Shown piece by piece: positions 1 to 9,035 of a stretch of DNA of 64,000 nucleotides (positions within the stretch are counted from its first letter, which is position 1; each line of letters begins with the position of its first letter). The position numbers and the translations under genes were made by a program. The stretch spans positions 8,275 through 72,274 of the forward strand of contig JALUUH010000138.1 of the NCBI GenBank assembly GCA_027021445.1, written 5' to 3'. The stretch is from Gammaproteobacteria bacterium. Lineage in GTDB: Bacteria; Pseudomonadota; Gammaproteobacteria; S012-40. The notes beneath the pieces are model-generated. The model was not told the DNA's origin, made no database searches, and worked only from the letters and a program-made list of their open reading frames with translations.

Positions 1-10
1 ACCGACATAA

Positions 11-835
11 CTACTTGCCTTTGTTTATTGCATTCTGCGATAACAAATCAAAATGAATTTTCGGGTCAAGATAACTATTGAGTTTATCTTGCATTTTCAT
101 GGGATCCGTTTTCTGACTCAGCATTACAAAGCCTTCAGCGATAAGACTATTTCTAAAGCGCATTACATTTGTCTTTTGATCTGTTTTTAGTGCCGCTGGT
201 TTAAATATTAGATTTGCAGAGATCACTCCATATAGCGTCGTAATGAGAGCCAATGCCAATCCTTGCCCAAGCTGGCTCACATCCGCTTTTAAGTTATCCA
301 GCATAATCACCAGCCCTACCAAGGTTCCAATCATCCCAAAGGCTGGAGCAAAGGCTGCCATTGTCTTAAGCACCCCTACTTGAACTTGCGCACGGTCATA
401 CATAGTCTCAGTAAATTCAAATAAAAGGTCTCTAAGATCTTCCCCCTTATAGCCACTGGCTAATAGACCTAAACCATAGCGCGTAAAATCATCCAGTTTA
501 TTTGCGTCAGCATTTTCAAGCTTTTCATCTAAGATCGCTGGGCCATGCTGTCTAACGTCTTGACTCCATTTTAACAACTGCCCTACGTCTGCAAACAAGG
601 AACCTGGGCTCACTCGATGTGGAACTAATATCCCAAATAATGCTTTTATCGTTTTATACACATGCATAAATTGATATGAAATGAGAGTTGCTGAAAATGT
701 TCCTCCTATAACCATGGATAAACTGGCTATGCTCAAAAAAATCATCGAATTGTCGGTCGATGAATACACGGCATAGGCGAATAAGCCAAAACCTGCAAAT
801 ACTCCGATCAGCGTATCCCATGCAATAAATCTCAT
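11..835 (-). CDS. MotA/PomA-like stator channel protein (MotA/TolQ/ExbB family), 274 aa
   Basis: The topology is 2 TM, a large loop, then 2 TM. The family motifs 'AFAPAFGMIGTLVGLV' and 'GLALALITTLYGVISANLIF' are typical of MotA_ExbB channels. The length fits MotA/PomA. A MotB partner would lie off-window, below position 11. Confidence 0.75.
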   Translation of the reverse strand: MRFIAWDTLIGVFAGFGLFAYAVYSSTDNSMIFLSIASLSMVIGGTFSATLISYQFMHVYKTIKALFGILVPHRVSPGSLFADVGQLLKWSQDVRQHGPAILDEKLENADANKLDDFTRYGLGLLASGYKGEDLRDLLFEFTETMYDRAQVQVGVLKTMAAFAPAFGMIGTLVGLVIMLDNLKADVSQLGQGLALALITTLYGVISANLIFKPAALKTDQKTNVMRFRNSLIAEGFVMLSQKTDPMKMQDKLNSYLDPKIHFDLLSQNAINKGK

Positions 836-850
836 TCGTTTTCATTCATC

Positions 851-2431
851 CTATAAATTGGCAATTTTTCTTTTAATTGTCTTAACATCTCTAATCCAAG
901 GTTTGAGCGACTTATTTTTTTTCGACAGGTTTTTTGCCAAGGTTTTAGCCTCTTTCAGAGTGCTGTAAAATCCATATTGAATAACATGTAGTTTCTTTTT
1001 TCCTGATCGGTCAATATAATGCAAATAAGCACTTTTTTTCATGCCGTTATTTTTAAAAAACTGATTGACGCTATTCTTATGAGCGGCTGATAACACTTGC
1101 AATGTATAGCCTGAGTTAGGCAAATTGAGAAACCAATCGCCGCCTTTCACAGTGATAAATTGCTGATTTGTGTTTCGTTGCTTAAGCTTTTTTGTAGTGT
1201 TTAAGCGGTGTTTTTTTTTCTGATTCATAGGTACTGTCACTGCAGTACTCAGTTTTGCTTGCACGATATTCGGCTGATTTTTTGGCGGTAATTTTTGATC
1301 GAGAAAAGTATATGATTTTTTGATCCCGTGACTAGCAGCCGACCTAAACCACTGGTCTGCCATATCAGCTTGCTGCCCCGTTCCTATCCCATAGAGATAA
1401 GTTAGCGCTAGATTATGCATTGCTTTTGCAAACCCTTGATTCGCTGCACGCCTAAACCAACGATGAGCTTCAAAATCATCTTTATTAACACCTTCTCCAA
1501 GAACATAGCGCACGCCTAAAGAATATTGCGCGTCCACATGACCCTGCTCTGCAGCCATCCGATACCAAAATATCCCTTGTTTATTATCGTGAACGGCGAT
1601 GGCTCCCGTGAGATATAAGCGTCCTAAGCGATATTGAGCATCTGCAGGGCCAGGAGTTGCAGCTTGTTTCAGCAATTCAAATGATTTTAATTTCGCTTCT
1701 GCGCTCGCTTTAGGATTATCCAAATTCTCAATAGCCAATGCATACTGAGCGTTCCTAGAACCATTCTTAGCTGCTTTTCTTATCCAGTAGTCGGCCTCAC
1801 TATTAGACTTTTCACCTAAAAACCCATTACTGTATAATTTCGCTAACTTCTCTTGCGCCTCAACAACTCCATCTTCAGCTAAATACGTTAATAGTGATTG
1901 TGCTTTGGGATAATCTGCACGTTCTACTGCTTTCGCAGCTGCATCCATAACAGCTGAGTTGAGCGCGTGGTACTCTTCTTCAATAACGTTTTTTTCTGCG
2001 CCAGTCTTAGCTCGACGTAACCAGTCGCGCGCGCGATCAAAATTTACAGGGGTGTATTTACCATCTCTAAAGGTATTAGATACCACAAGTTGAGCACGCC
2101 AATTTCCATCGTGGGCTGCATAATACATCCACTTTATGGCATCCTTACGCTCAGCTAAATTTTCCGATTGAAGCAACATCGTGCCGAGAGCCATTTGCGC
2201 ATCCACCACCCCACTATCCGCTAACGGTGTAAGAACGCTTCGCGCAAATACCGTGTTACCTCTCACCAGCTCACTAACCGACTGATTAAAACGCGATTCT
2301 TCTGATTTCTCTAAGACTCTACTTGAGGGCACCGGCAATTGCTCAAGGCGATCCCAAGCGTTTGCTGCAAAAGAGGCTAATAGCGTGAGCAAACATATAG
2401 CTACTGATATTGAATATTGCTTGTTAACCAT
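851..2431 (-). CDS. Secreted Sel1-like repeat (SLR/TPR) protein with C-terminal SPOR domain, 526 aa
   Basis: There is an N-terminal signal peptide ('LLTLLASFAANAW'). Repeated 'A.YxLGxxYxxGxGVxxD...AxxWxxxAAxxG' Sel1 units are present. The C-terminus 'GYTLQVLSAAHKNSV...IQYGFYSTLKEAKTLAKNL' looks like a SPOR peptidoglycan-binding fold. Confidence 0.7.
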   Translation of the reverse strand: MVNKQYSISVAICLLTLLASFAANAWDRLEQLPVPSSRVLEKSEESRFNQSVSELVRGNTVFARSVLTPLADSGVVDAQMALGTMLLQSENLAERKDAIKWMYYAAHDGNWRAQLVVSNTFRDGKYTPVNFDRARDWLRRAKTGAEKNVIEEEYHALNSAVMDAAAKAVERADYPKAQSLLTYLAEDGVVEAQEKLAKLYSNGFLGEKSNSEADYWIRKAAKNGSRNAQYALAIENLDNPKASAEAKLKSFELLKQAATPGPADAQYRLGRLYLTGAIAVHDNKQGIFWYRMAAEQGHVDAQYSLGVRYVLGEGVNKDDFEAHRWFRRAANQGFAKAMHNLALTYLYGIGTGQQADMADQWFRSAASHGIKKSYTFLDQKLPPKNQPNIVQAKLSTAVTVPMNQKKKHRLNTTKKLKQRNTNQQFITVKGGDWFLNLPNSGYTLQVLSAAHKNSVNQFFKNNGMKKSAYLHYIDRSGKKKLHVIQYGFYSTLKEAKTLAKNLSKKNKSLKPWIRDVKTIKRKIANL

Positions 2432-2600
2432 GATTTCCTTGTCTATTTTTCCATGTAGGTTATCTCGACCAAAATAACTTTTACTTAAATTTCAAATGGA
2501 AATCTTAGGACCTTAGAAAGTGCGATCATCAACATGGTGCAAGAAGGGAAATGGAGAAGGAACAAACTGAATGGAGTAATTATAACTTTAATAATAGGGC

Positions 2601-2629
2601 AAATAAAAAAGCCTCCGTTTGAGGAGGCT
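2601..2629 (-). terminator. Rho-independent terminator downstream of the HU-like gene
   Basis: A 7-bp GC-rich stem (agcctcc / ggaggct, 2610-2616 / 2623-2629) is followed on the minus strand by a T-run, the complement of aaataaaaaa at 2601-2610. Confidence 0.7.
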
Positions 2630-2831
2630 CTTGCTTAAATCTACTAGAGACCTTTGCACGATCATATTTCCCGCCCCAACGATATTCACCAACAAGGAAG
2701 GCTGAGGAAAAATGAACTCAAAATCCTCATTTGCTCCAGCAAACTCGACAATTGCTTTTACATCACCGAAAACGCCTACTTTTGGCGCTAGAACGAAAAC
2801 TATTTTTCGTGCAAAAATCTCTACGAATAAA

Positions 2832-3251
2832 TTAAACCATATCTTTTAACGCTTTTAGAGGTAATATTTTCACGATATTTCGTGCAGGCTTTGCTTTAAA
2901 CATCATCTCTTCGCCATTGAAGGGATTAATGCCTTTACGTGCTTTCTGCGCGGGCTTCTTAACAACTTTAATCTTAAATAAACCAGGCATTTTGAATATA
3001 CCACCACTTCGTTTTTTGAGATGTCTATCAATAATATTGTTATAAGAATCAAAAACCGCCGTAATTTCTTTTTTACTTAGACCGGTATCATCCGCAATTT
3101 GAGTGTACATTTGAGTTTTAGTCATAGGCTCAGCTATCGCAGTCGTCGCCAACTTCTTAGGCGCCTCTTTCACTTTTTTTGCAGAAACTTTTTTTGCTAC
3201 GACCTTCTTTTTTGAAGCCACTTTTTTAGATGCTGCCTTTTTTTTCGCCAT
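2832..3251 (-). CDS. HU/IHF-family DNA-binding protein with lysine/alanine-rich histone-H1-like N-terminal tail, 139 aa
   Basis: I moved the start to ATG 3251, which is preceded by GAGGAG. The N-terminus is 'MAKKKAASKKVASKKKVVAKKVSAKKVKEAPKK'. It is followed by an HU fold ('TKTQMYTQIADDTGLSKKEITAVFDS...GINPFNGEEMMFKAKPARNIVKILPLKALKD'). Confidence 0.8.
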   Translation of the reverse strand: MAKKKAASKKVASKKKVVAKKVSAKKVKEAPKKLATTAIAEPMTKTQMYTQIADDTGLSKKEITAVFDSYNNIIDRHLKKRSGGIFKMPGLFKIKVVKKPAQKARKGINPFNGEEMMFKAKPARNIVKILPLKALKDMV

Positions 3252-3688
3252 GATCCACTCCTCTAGTAACAATATTGCGTTTGCGTGCGGAAACTCTACA
3301 ATACAAGTCATTTCCCTGTGCGGAAGACTATAATGTATCGATACAAAAATCTACTCAAATAACACCGTTAACAAGATATAATTCGCTTATATATGTGTAG
3401 AAAAGCCTAACTTCTCATCCTAACAGTAAAAAATTTCCAAGTAAGTTTCAGATAACGTATTTAACGCAACCAAAGAGAGAGTACTCAATAAAACCATACT
3501 ACGCTTTTTACGCCATACAGAATTAAGCCTAGGGCCAACAAAACTTTTATTTACTGATCTCATAATATGCATCATCGACATAAAGTTCGTGACCAAGCCT
3601 TATACAAATGAGAAAATACTTTCGGGCTTGGATTTGCTTTTTTTATGAAGAACTTTAATTATAAATTGACTAGGACATACTATTAGAT

Positions 3689-4429
3689 ATGCGAATTAAA
3701 CTATTTATCATCACTTTGACTCTGTTGACCATGTCAGCGTGCACAGGCGACACTTATTCCGAATTACATATTGCCGCCGCCAGAGGCCAAGCAGATCGCG
3801 TAAAAGTCTTGCTGGATCAAGGAGCAGAAGTTGATCAATCAAACAAACATTCGAAAACCTCGCTGCAACTAGCAGCCGCAGCAGGGCACACGGATGCCAT
3901 GAAAGTATTACTCGAACGCCAAGCCAATATCGATTCTCAAGATATCGATGGCATGACACCACTTATGGAGGCTTCAGCAGCAGGGCACACTGCAGCAGTG
4001 CAGTTGCTCGTCGATGAAGGCGCACAAATCAATATCACCAATAAATATGACGCGACTGCGTTAACTAATGCCGTATTTTTCGGGCACCTCGGAGCAACCA
4101 ATGCATTATTAAGCGCCAAAGAAAAACTCAGTTCAGCAACTGCAGAAAAGGCTTTGCTTATTGCGTCAGGCTTAGGACACACTCCGATTGTAGAAGCACT
4201 CACAAGCTACGGAGTAAACATCAATTCTCGCGGAAAAAAGGGGCGAACACCGCTAATGGCCGCCATTAAGTTTCAACATACGGATACTGTAAGCTTTATA
4301 TTATCGAAAAATATCGATCTCACAATACGCGATGACGATGGGTCTACCGCACTGATGCTGGCAGAAAATGCGAAATCTAATGAGGTGATTAAGCTAATAG
4401 AAGAAAAGATCAAAAGCGAATCAAAATAA
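3689..4429 (+). CDS. Ankyrin-repeat lipoprotein, 246 aa
   Basis: A lipobox is present ('LLTMSAC'). There are at least 6 ANK units of the form 'G(H/A)TxxVxxLLxxGAxxD/N' (e.g. 'TPLMEASAAGHTAAVQLLVDEGAQIN'). Confidence 0.8.
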   Translation: MRIKLFIITLTLLTMSACTGDTYSELHIAAARGQADRVKVLLDQGAEVDQSNKHSKTSLQLAAAAGHTDAMKVLLERQANIDSQDIDGMTPLMEASAAGHTAAVQLLVDEGAQINITNKYDATALTNAVFFGHLGATNALLSAKEKLSSATAEKALLIASGLGHTPIVEALTSYGVNINSRGKKGRTPLMAAIKFQHTDTVSFILSKNIDLTIRDDDGSTALMLAENAKSNEVIKLIEEKIKSESK

Positions 4430-4430
4430 A

Positions 4431-5129
4431 CTAGAATATTTCTACGCTTTCTTTTTTCTTTATTTCCACTGTTGTTGCTGGCATGGGGCCATCTTCTTGT
4501 CGCCACCAGGCTGCAGGCGAACCCTCATGCGGAACACTATGGCATCTTTCGCAGGTCCATAATGCAAATGCGACCTTGTCGTGACATCGACCACAATATT
4601 CTCCAGCAATAATGGCATCCATCCCAATTTTTGGATTACCTCCCTTTTGCGGGAGAAAAATAGCAGGGTGACAATTTGAGCAATCCAACCAACGAGTATG
4701 CGCAAGATGGGGAAACCTAACCCAAGGCATTTGTCCAGTATCTTTAAACATGATATCTAAATCCATGATAGTCATTTCTTCATCACCATGTAGACTCATT
4801 CGTGGATTTATAATGCCCTCATCAATGGCGGCTACCCAATTCACCCCCCCTCTTCGGTCAAAAGGAAAATTTTCCATAGAAGCTTGAGGTTCTTGTAAAA
4901 ATGCGAGTTCTTCACTGGCAGGATCATGAATACCATCTTCCCTGAGAGAATGAAAAACAGGCTCTCGCTTAAATATTCTCGTATCCTTTTCTTGATAAAC
5001 CCCCTGATCTCCAACCACCGTATAGTCAGCAACAGCAGTATCATTCTCAAGCTTATTGACTGAACATGCAGAAAAAACGGCAATGAAAATAGTTATAATC
5101 GCTAACACGTGGCCCCACTTCATTCTCAC
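4431..5129 (-). CDS. Trihaem c-type cytochrome (c7/c3-like), lipoprotein, 232 aa
   Basis: The signal and lipobox read 'IAVFSAC'. Three CxxCH motifs are present (CSNCH, CGRCH, CERCH). The context 'MDAIIAGEYCGRCHDKVAF' is typical of c7-type trihaem domains. Confidence 0.7.
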   Translation of the reverse strand: MRMKWGHVLAIITIFIAVFSACSVNKLENDTAVADYTVVGDQGVYQEKDTRIFKREPVFHSLREDGIHDPASEELAFLQEPQASMENFPFDRRGGVNWVAAIDEGIINPRMSLHGDEEMTIMDLDIMFKDTGQMPWVRFPHLAHTRWLDCSNCHPAIFLPQKGGNPKIGMDAIIAGEYCGRCHDKVAFALWTCERCHSVPHEGSPAAWWRQEDGPMPATTVEIKKKESVEIF

Positions 5130-5161
5130 CTTCTCCCTTTTTGCGCGTTCTTTAACACTGT

Positions 5162-5692
5162 TTATGGCCTTGCACCCGCCTCTTGCAACATTCTGACTAA
5201 GTCGGTGTGATTTTCAGTTACGGCAATCATTAATGGAGACCTTCTATCATCCGTATATACTTGGAGCTTTGCACCATGCTTTAGCAGAACTTCAACAGTG
5301 TCGTTCTGTTCTCGTAACACAGCTCTGAGTAAAGGCGTCCAACCATCGATACTTCTCGCCTCAATATTAGCGCCTTTTGCGAGCAATAGCTCCACCACTT
5401 CAGTTAAGCCTTTTTGCGATGCCTTTATTAACGGCGTCCACTCATTGGAGTCTTTTGTTTCAATATCTGCACCCTTCTCAATTAGGTATTCCACCATATC
5501 AAGATCATTCGTTTGCACTGCATGCATTAAAACCGACCAACCATAGTTATTCTTCTCGTTTACATCTGCGCCATTTGCTAGCAAAGTCTCTACTTGTTCT
5601 TTTTCTGACTCAATTACCGCTTTCATCAACGGTGTGTTTCCATCACAAGCATATAAAAACAATGTCAGTAGTAATAATAATAAATATTTCAT
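5162..5692 (-). CDS. Ankyrin-repeat lipoprotein, 176 aa
   Basis: A lipobox is present ('LFLYAC'). There are 4-5 ANK units (e.g. 'WTPLIKASQKGLTEVVELLLAKGANIE'). Confidence 0.8.
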   Translation of the reverse strand: MKYLLLLLLTLFLYACDGNTPLMKAVIESEKEQVETLLANGADVNEKNNYGWSVLMHAVQTNDLDMVEYLIEKGADIETKDSNEWTPLIKASQKGLTEVVELLLAKGANIEARSIDGWTPLLRAVLREQNDTVEVLLKHGAKLQVYTDDRRSPLMIAVTENHTDLVRMLQEAGARP

Positions 5693-5900
5693 AAATCAAT
5701 AAACCTATCCGTATACAACGCATGAGAATTTGCATCTGCGGCAAGCCGCAAAATCAAAGAGGAATATAACACGTGTGAATTGAATAGAGAAAAAGGAGAG
5801 AGATTTAACAATTAGAAACAATTAAGCCAAACTAAACTCACACAAAATAACCATTTGATTAAACGGGTTATTTGCTGCGTTAGCAGCTCTTAATGACACC

Positions 5901-5940
5901 GAGAACAGCCTCCTAGGAGGCTGTCTGAGAAGCCTCCTGG
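5901..5940. repeat. Solo palindromic repeat unit (CCTAGG-core hairpin), member of the window-wide repeat family
   Basis: A perfect 20-bp palindrome 'acagcctcctaggaggctgt' lies at 5905-5924. Its arms match the terminal inverted repeats of the ~170-bp elements at 24538 and 25635. Confidence 0.6.
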
Positions 5941-5949
5941 AAAATAAGG

Positions 5950-6768
5950 CTAAGGGTTACCATCCGTCACAACTATGGATTCTAGCTTGAGCGTAGGTTG
6001 CTTCACCACACTTGATACAGCGGCCTTCATCTTAATTCCAAAAAAAGTGTCACCAGGATCAGTAAAAAACTTTTTCCATTCCTGGGCAGTAAACTGATGC
6101 GGCCCCTCAACCTCTAGGGTTCCCAACGTCAAATAAGGCGATGATTCCTCACCTTCAAAAACGAATTTGGCTTTATAATTTGTATTATCCATGGTGATAA
6201 CCACTTGCGCAGGTATTTGAGGCAACCACAGCAAGCCTTTGTTAACATTCGATCTGTCACCGTTTGATTTAATCCTAAAAACTTGTACAAAACCATCGCC
6301 ACGAATGCGCAAATCGATTCGTGGACCAAATAACATACCATCTCGCGGGTCAGCACCTACGGAAAACACCACTGACCGATTTGCCGGAATATCATTCGCG
6401 GTAAACTCTATGCCATTAAATTCAAACACACGTTCGAAATTAGGATCACCAGAACCGAGCGCATCATTGTAGAAATTAAACTCAGGCAAGCTGGTGGCAA
6501 CGACATATGCATCAAATATATCCGAAGTGCTAAAAACTAATTTACCATCTGCTTCGGCAAAAACTAGAGCCCCTCTCCCCCTAACCCCTGCACTATACAT
6601 GGTTTTAGTAACTTCCTCACCAGATATTGAATCTATATAGGTGACAGTTTTAGGATCTCCATCATCAAATTCATCTTCGAAAAGAACCTGCGAGTATACA
6701 GGCACACTTAAAATCATGCCCACCACCAGCACCCACCAAAACGCTCTCAAACTGTGAATAAAATTCAT
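5950..6768 (-). CDS. Secreted hypothetical protein (beta-rich), 272 aa
   Basis: It is a long ORF with an N-terminal signal sequence ('WWVLVVGMILSVPVYSQ'). I recognised no family motif. Confidence 0.5.
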   Translation of the reverse strand: MNFIHSLRAFWWVLVVGMILSVPVYSQVLFEDEFDDGDPKTVTYIDSISGEEVTKTMYSAGVRGRGALVFAEADGKLVFSTSDIFDAYVVATSLPEFNFYNDALGSGDPNFERVFEFNGIEFTANDIPANRSVVFSVGADPRDGMLFGPRIDLRIRGDGFVQVFRIKSNGDRSNVNKGLLWLPQIPAQVVITMDNTNYKAKFVFEGEESSPYLTLGTLEVEGPHQFTAQEWKKFFTDPGDTFFGIKMKAAVSSVVKQPTLKLESIVVTDGNP

Positions 6769-7071
6769 ACCAACACCCTCACACCTTAAAATTCCATGAC
6801 ATTCTGTTCATTAAAGCGCAGTTAAATATAAGATTTCGACTGCCACTTCATGAAATCTTCACAAACAAACCTATACAATTAATCATTTCTTAATTAATCG
6901 ACTGAATTAACAACGTAAAACACGGCTAAATAAGCTCAGATAATTCCTGAATAATAACCGTACAAACAACTCTATCATAGATCACTTTAAAAAACCTATT
7001 CATAAATTGTTGAATCTTTAAATACACATTCAAACCAATGTTGTTGATGCGTTATTCTACCCCTAATAGCG

Positions 7072-8550
7072 TTATTTTGACTCTGATATCATGGAGCAAA
7101 ATTGACTTCTCCACTGGTTAAAGCGCCCATTAAGGGCCAAGTCTTTTTTTGATACAAACTTTTTCTCATTCTGGTTAGTCAAAAACCCTATGTTTTCCGT
7201 CTTTTTTAACGCCAGTAAATTTCGCAAGCCCCTACAAGTGGCCTCAGAATGTGTCTTTCTCAATACCAGAATTTCAGCAAGATTAGCCAGTTTTTGGCAA
7301 AAACCCGCGTTCTGAGATAGACCTCCACTTAATACAATATGCCTGACATTCGCATGAGGCATTCTGAGAATATTTTCCACACATAAAAAGACGATACTTT
7401 CAAGAATGGCAACCGATTTTTCTGGCGTGCTAGCAGCCCGGTTAAATTGACTTTGAAAATTTGCAACCCAAAAAGGTGAGCCAACACCCGATATACCGTT
7501 GAAAAACAAGGGCGGATCTTTTATTTCATTGACCCATTTCAGCAAGCTTTTATCCAAGTTCGCAATGCCCTCTTGGTCTGCGAACCACTGCAGCGCACGC
7601 CCCGCGCCATTAACGGTTCCTTCGATAAGCGACAAACTCTCTTGCTCATCTTGGTAAACAATGCTCTGCAAAAGCCGTTGTGGCGGCACTTCTTCAGCCG
7701 TGGTATCGAGCAATTTCTGGATAAAAACCCCCGTTCCCGCATTAATATAGATAGTGTTACAGTCGGCAACTTTGTCCACAAAAAAAGCAGCCGCCTGATC
7801 CCCTGTGCATATATTCACGGGTATCAAGCAATCCTTAAAGGCAATATGCCCATAATCCCATTGAGTAGGAACATACATAGGTAATAACTCAAGAGGAATT
7901 CCAAATTTTGCTAATAAATCTGCACTCCAACAATGCCCGTGAACATTTAATAACATGGTGCGCGAACCATTTGAAGGGTCAACCACATAAGGCTTCTCAA
8001 CAAGCACTTGGTTTAATATAAAACTCGCGACGGGTGCAATACGAAGCCTATTTTCCGCCAATGCGGTCTGCACTTCGGGTATGTTTTTCAGACACCAATG
8101 TATTTTAGTTGCCCCATAATGCGCATTAGGGAACAAACCCGTAATTTCACGTGTTTCACCCCTAAAACCATCGATTAGCGACAACAACTCGACAGCGCGC
8201 CTATCCTGCCAACTTATAATGGGACTTAACATCTCATCCGTTGCAGAATCCCACGCGATAATGCTCGAACGCTGAGTAGCGATACCCGCACAACAAATAT
8301 CCGCAACCCGATCACCTAGTTCCGATAACACCTCATCAATCACCGTTGTAATACTGTCTATGAATTGCCGGGCATCATGCTCCACTCTATTGCCTTGCTG
8401 GAAAGTGTCAATTTCGCAAACGGAAGTACTTAATGGCACACCTCGTTGATCGTAGACAATTGCTCTACTCGCATGCCCACCCTGATCAATTGTAAGATAG
8501 AGCACATCCTGAGAATCGTTTTGAATATTCTGTTGCTTTAAGCTTGGCAT
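7072..8550 (-). CDS. FGGY-family carbohydrate kinase (glycerol/xylulose-kinase-like), 492 aa
   Basis: The N-terminus 'YLTIDQGGHASRAIVYD' has the ASKHA phosphate-1 pattern. The C-terminus 'VLSGGLSQNAGFCQKLANL' has the FGGY_C pattern. Confidence 0.75.
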   Translation of the reverse strand: MPSLKQQNIQNDSQDVLYLTIDQGGHASRAIVYDQRGVPLSTSVCEIDTFQQGNRVEHDARQFIDSITTVIDEVLSELGDRVADICCAGIATQRSSIIAWDSATDEMLSPIISWQDRRAVELLSLIDGFRGETREITGLFPNAHYGATKIHWCLKNIPEVQTALAENRLRIAPVASFILNQVLVEKPYVVDPSNGSRTMLLNVHGHCWSADLLAKFGIPLELLPMYVPTQWDYGHIAFKDCLIPVNICTGDQAAAFFVDKVADCNTIYINAGTGVFIQKLLDTTAEEVPPQRLLQSIVYQDEQESLSLIEGTVNGAGRALQWFADQEGIANLDKSLLKWVNEIKDPPLFFNGISGVGSPFWVANFQSQFNRAASTPEKSVAILESIVFLCVENILRMPHANVRHIVLSGGLSQNAGFCQKLANLAEILVLRKTHSEATCRGLRNLLALKKTENIGFLTNQNEKKFVSKKDLALNGRFNQWRSQFCSMISESK

Positions 8551-8633
8551 ATACTCTCAAAAACTATTGCACAATTCATATTGAATGTTAGAAATACTTC
8601 TAGGAATAACACATTTATTAAGCGAGCGCTCAA

Positions 8634-9005
8634 ATGAAATACACGGGGATCCTACACTCAAGTATTATCGTAAAAGACTGTACACAGTCATTGAAGTTTT
8701 ATCTTAATATATTAGAAATGCAACTCATTAATCAACGCCCGGATTTAGGCTTTCCGGGGGCGTGGATTAAAATTAATGACCTTCAGCAAATCCATTTACT
8801 CGAAGTTCCAAACCCCGACTCCATGACTACCCGACCACAACATGGTGGACGCGATCGACATATAGCGATAGGGGTCTCATCTCTCGAAAATCTAATGACA
8901 CGTCTTGAACAAGCAGGAGTAGAATACGCACTCAGTCGATCAGGAAGAAAGGCCTTATTTTGCAGAGACCCAGATGGTAATACGTTGGAGTTTATTCAGG
9001 TTTAA
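8634..9005 (+). CDS. VOC/glyoxalase-family protein, 123 aa
   Basis: The sequence 'ILHSSIIVKD...SLKFYLNILEM' through 'HIAIGV...LFCRDPDGNTLEF' matches the paired beta-alpha-beta-beta-beta VOC pattern. Confidence 0.7.
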   Translation: MKYTGILHSSIIVKDCTQSLKFYLNILEMQLINQRPDLGFPGAWIKINDLQQIHLLEVPNPDSMTTRPQHGGRDRHIAIGVSSLENLMTRLEQAGVEYALSRSGRKALFCRDPDGNTLEFIQV

Positions 9006-9035
9006 TGAAAGGTATCTACCCGTAACGATTGAAAT

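Noticed and set aside
3592-3650. A possible orphan terminator or sRNA ('ccaagcc...ggcttgg' followed by 'atttgcttttttt') lies in the HU/ankyrin intergenic region, preceded by a 13-codon ORF (MHHRHKVRDQALYK).
   Set aside because: The stem is only 7 bp with a ~25-nt loop. I could not identify a promoter or any conservation evidence. It is too weak to call.
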